Assembly: GCF_009914755.1 (NCBI RefSeq)
Contig: NC_060926.1
DNA from: the human T2T-CHM13v2.0 reference genome, Homo sapiens
Strand: one strand, 5' to 3'
Length of the DNA stretch: 64,000 nt
In this document: positions 61,455-64,000 of the stretch, piece after piece
How the letters are laid out: each line of letters starts with the position of its first letter
Numbering within the stretch: the first letter of the stretch is position 1
Notes under the pieces: generated by a model
Database searches by the model: none
Told to the model about the DNA's origin: nothing
The model's input: the letters and a program-made list of their open reading frames with translations, nothing else
Made by a program: the position numbers and the translations under genes

Positions 61455-62008
61455 TTGTAGTAGGCAGAATTCTAAAATGGTCCCCAAGACTTACCCCCAC
61501 TGTACACACCCTGTTACTGTAAATTTGATGTATCTACTACCTTGACTAGGTTACGTTTTATGGCACAGTTGACCTAATTATCCAGGTGGACCTGCCCTAA
61601 TCAGATGAGCCTTTTAAAAGCAAAGAATTTTCTTGGCTGGTTGCAGAAGAGAAAGTCAGAGAGTTGAAGCATATAGGCCATTGCTGGCTTAAAGATGGAC
61701 GCAGGTATGTAGTAAGGAATGTGGGCAACCTCTAGGAGCTGAGAGCAGTTCCTGGATGACAGCCAGCAAGGAAACTGGGACCTCAGTCCTGCAAGGAAAT
61801 GAATTCTGCCAACAACCACTTGATCTTGGAAGAGGACCTCAAGCCTCAGATGAGAAACACAGTCCAGGCTGACACCTTGATTATAGCTTGGTGAGACCTT
61901 TGAGCAGAGAGCCCAGTCACATTATGGCCTTACTTATGACCTACAGAAACTGGGAGATAATAAACTCTTGCTTTAAATTGCTATATTTGTGGCAATAGAA
62001 AACTAATA
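61455..62008 (+). mobile_element. MLT1 LTR
   Basis: tgtagtaggcagaattctaaaatggtcccc...gcaatagaaaactaata. Confidence 0.75.
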
Positions 62009-62329
62009 TCTAATTCCATCTCTCAAGGAATAGATAGCCTAATTTCACAGGCATACTTTTTTTGTAATTATGTGTTTAGCAATTTATACTATAAAATACT
62101 GAATTGTTTTTTATCCTTCAGACTAAACACCAAGCATCATTGTGATGTGTGAAGAGATGCTAGTTAAAATGTATCTGCCCTTGAGAGTTCTAAGGGTGAT
62201 CTAATTTTTCTGCAAATCTATTTTTTAATTTTTAATAATATGAATATGATTTTTTTTAAATGAAAAATTTAAAGAAATAACCACCCCACAATCATCTACC
62301 AGTGAATGGGCCAGAGAAGAGCTGCCAGA

Positions 62330-62510
62330 CAAGATTGACTACATAATCATTAGGCCCAGAACACAGTGAAAATGCAGCATCCCTTGTTCAAAAAAATTAT
62401 TAAGAATTTCAAGACACGGCAGCAGAGCATTAAACCAAGAGTGGGGTCCTTCTGAACATGGGGTCCTATGTGATGGCACAGGTCACAAAACCATGGAGCC
62501 AACCAGCTCT
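62330..62510 (-). mobile_element. MER45A-like hAT MITE
   Basis: cccttgttcaaaaa..attattaagaatttcaagac..gcagcagagcattaaaccaag matches the recalled MER45A consensus. Confidence 0.7.
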
Positions 62511-63249
62511 GTGCCCAGACCTTCTCCAGCACCTTCCAGATAAAAGCTTAACTAAGAGCTACATACTTTCCAAAGGCACCATTGCTTCTTCACTGGGTGA
62601 CATTTGCAAAATAATTGCCCATAATGCCACCATCTAGGACAATGAGATCCTTTCAGAATTTTCTCCAAGCTTGTATGTGTATATGGATGTGTGTTTGTGT
62701 ATGTGTCTCTTTGACACAGGTGGATTGTTCTTAACAATTGTTGTACTATTGTGTCACTTAAAATTATAGCAGGAGTATTTCTCTGTATTAATAAATAGTA
62801 TTTAAGAATAAAATTTAAATATTTACATATTTCCAATCTTTTATATAAGAAAATCTCAGCAAGGTCACAGAACTAAGTAATAAAAGGATACTTCAAAAGC
62901 AGGTTATCTTGAGTCAAGATAACTAAATTCTAGTCCTAGCTCTAATAGCTAATTAGCTGTGTGACTTTTGTAAATAATTTCGCTTTTCTGGAACTCATTT
63001 TATTTTCTGTAAAATGACTAGATTAATGGATTTTTATCCCCCTAAATACTTTCCAGTTCTAAAATTCTATAATTCCAGTATCATTATGGATTTGAGTGGT
63101 CTCTAGGTCTGGCTATGGCTATAAGGGGCTTTTAAAATCTATCCTTTGAATGAAACTAAGTCATTATCCAATTTTTAAGGCCTTTAGAAGGAGGTTTTTG
63201 TTTTACTGTAATTTAAAACCATTTGGGGGTCAGCCTTTGTCGTGTTCAG

Positions 63250-64000
63250 TGTCAGGTTCCAGCCCAACTGAGGGCTGAGGGAGTGGGTGGATGTGGGGCA
63301 GGGAGCTGGAAGAACACTTGAGAGACACCAGGTAGATGAGACATGGCCTTATTCAGCAGCCCCCACACCTGCAGCTGCATGGCCAGCTCTCCCTTGGCTT
63401 CAGGGTCAGTAGCTTAACTGTTTCTCTGGGCACAAGTGAGCCAAGCTGTGTCCTGGCTCCCCCACCGTCTGTCTGCAAAGGACGGCTCTGACTCTCTCTC
63501 CCAGTGCACCAGCACAACGTCCACAGGGCAATCATACATTTTACAGACAATAGTGGCATAGAGCCAACTGATGGCCTTCCCATGTATGGCTACATGGCTG
63601 TGATAACAAGTGGAGTTATATGCCTGCGCTCTAAACCTGCTGAGTCACACAGGATGTAAACATCCTACCTCGGCCTATCCTTAACCAAAGCACAGCCATG
63701 TTCCTTACACTCCACCCCCTAGGCCAAGGGAGACATAGGCCTTGGATACAGGTTATATGCATAAGCTTTGGGTACATAGGCTTGATATACACACACAAGG
63801 CCTTATACATAAGTTTTGGGCACACGAGTTTGATAAACAGGCTTGGCACACAGGCCTTACATTCCACCCCCTGGAATGAGGGAGTTCTTTTAGTGGGGAT
63901 CCATGCACATAGGGCAGCACCCTGAACTCATAGGTCACAACAACAATACAGAGAACAACAACCTACTATAAATATTCCTGTTATGTTACCTATGATTATT
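63250..64000 (-). mobile_element. LTR18-type 3' LTR (63250-63709) with polypurine tract and HERVL18/HERV-S internal sequence running off the window
   Basis: Reverse complement begins TGTAAGGAACATGGCTGTGCT and ends TGACA; PPT AGGGGGTGGAG at 63710-63720. Confidence 0.75.

Overview
Primate, almost certainly human, genomic DNA, rich in Alu, L1, MaLR and SVA repeats; gene content matches the CFAP210(CCDC173)/PHOSPHO2 locus on 2q31.1. The minus strand carries coding exons 1-6 of the coiled-coil ciliary gene CFAP210, with splice phases consistent across all six; the remaining exons lie left of the window. The plus strand carries PHOSPHO2: three inferred 5'UTR exons and a single-exon 241-aa HAD-phosphatase CDS. 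The two genes share a head-to-head CpG-island promoter near 46.0 kb with RFX X-box, ETS-CRE and NRF1 motifs. The introns hold a CYRIB/FAM49B processed pseudogene fragment, a near-complete Tigger1, a full THE1 MaLR, a full-length young SVA and many Alu/L1/MLT copies; an LTR18/HERVL18-type provirus runs off the right edge. There is no prokaryote-type system. The most unusual signal is four separate 100-210 bp local templated copies of nearby sequence: a piece of the PHOSPHO2 CDS inside an intronic L1, a promoter-flank piece inside another L1, an inverted MLT1 piece, and a 98%-identical 100-bp palindrome at the Tigger1 end. Also notable are a poly(A) signal inside the PHOSPHO2 CDS, a spliced 49-aa uORF, and an SVA with a short 5' extension and a SINE-R deletion. 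Repeat boundaries and subfamily calls were made by eye and are approximate.
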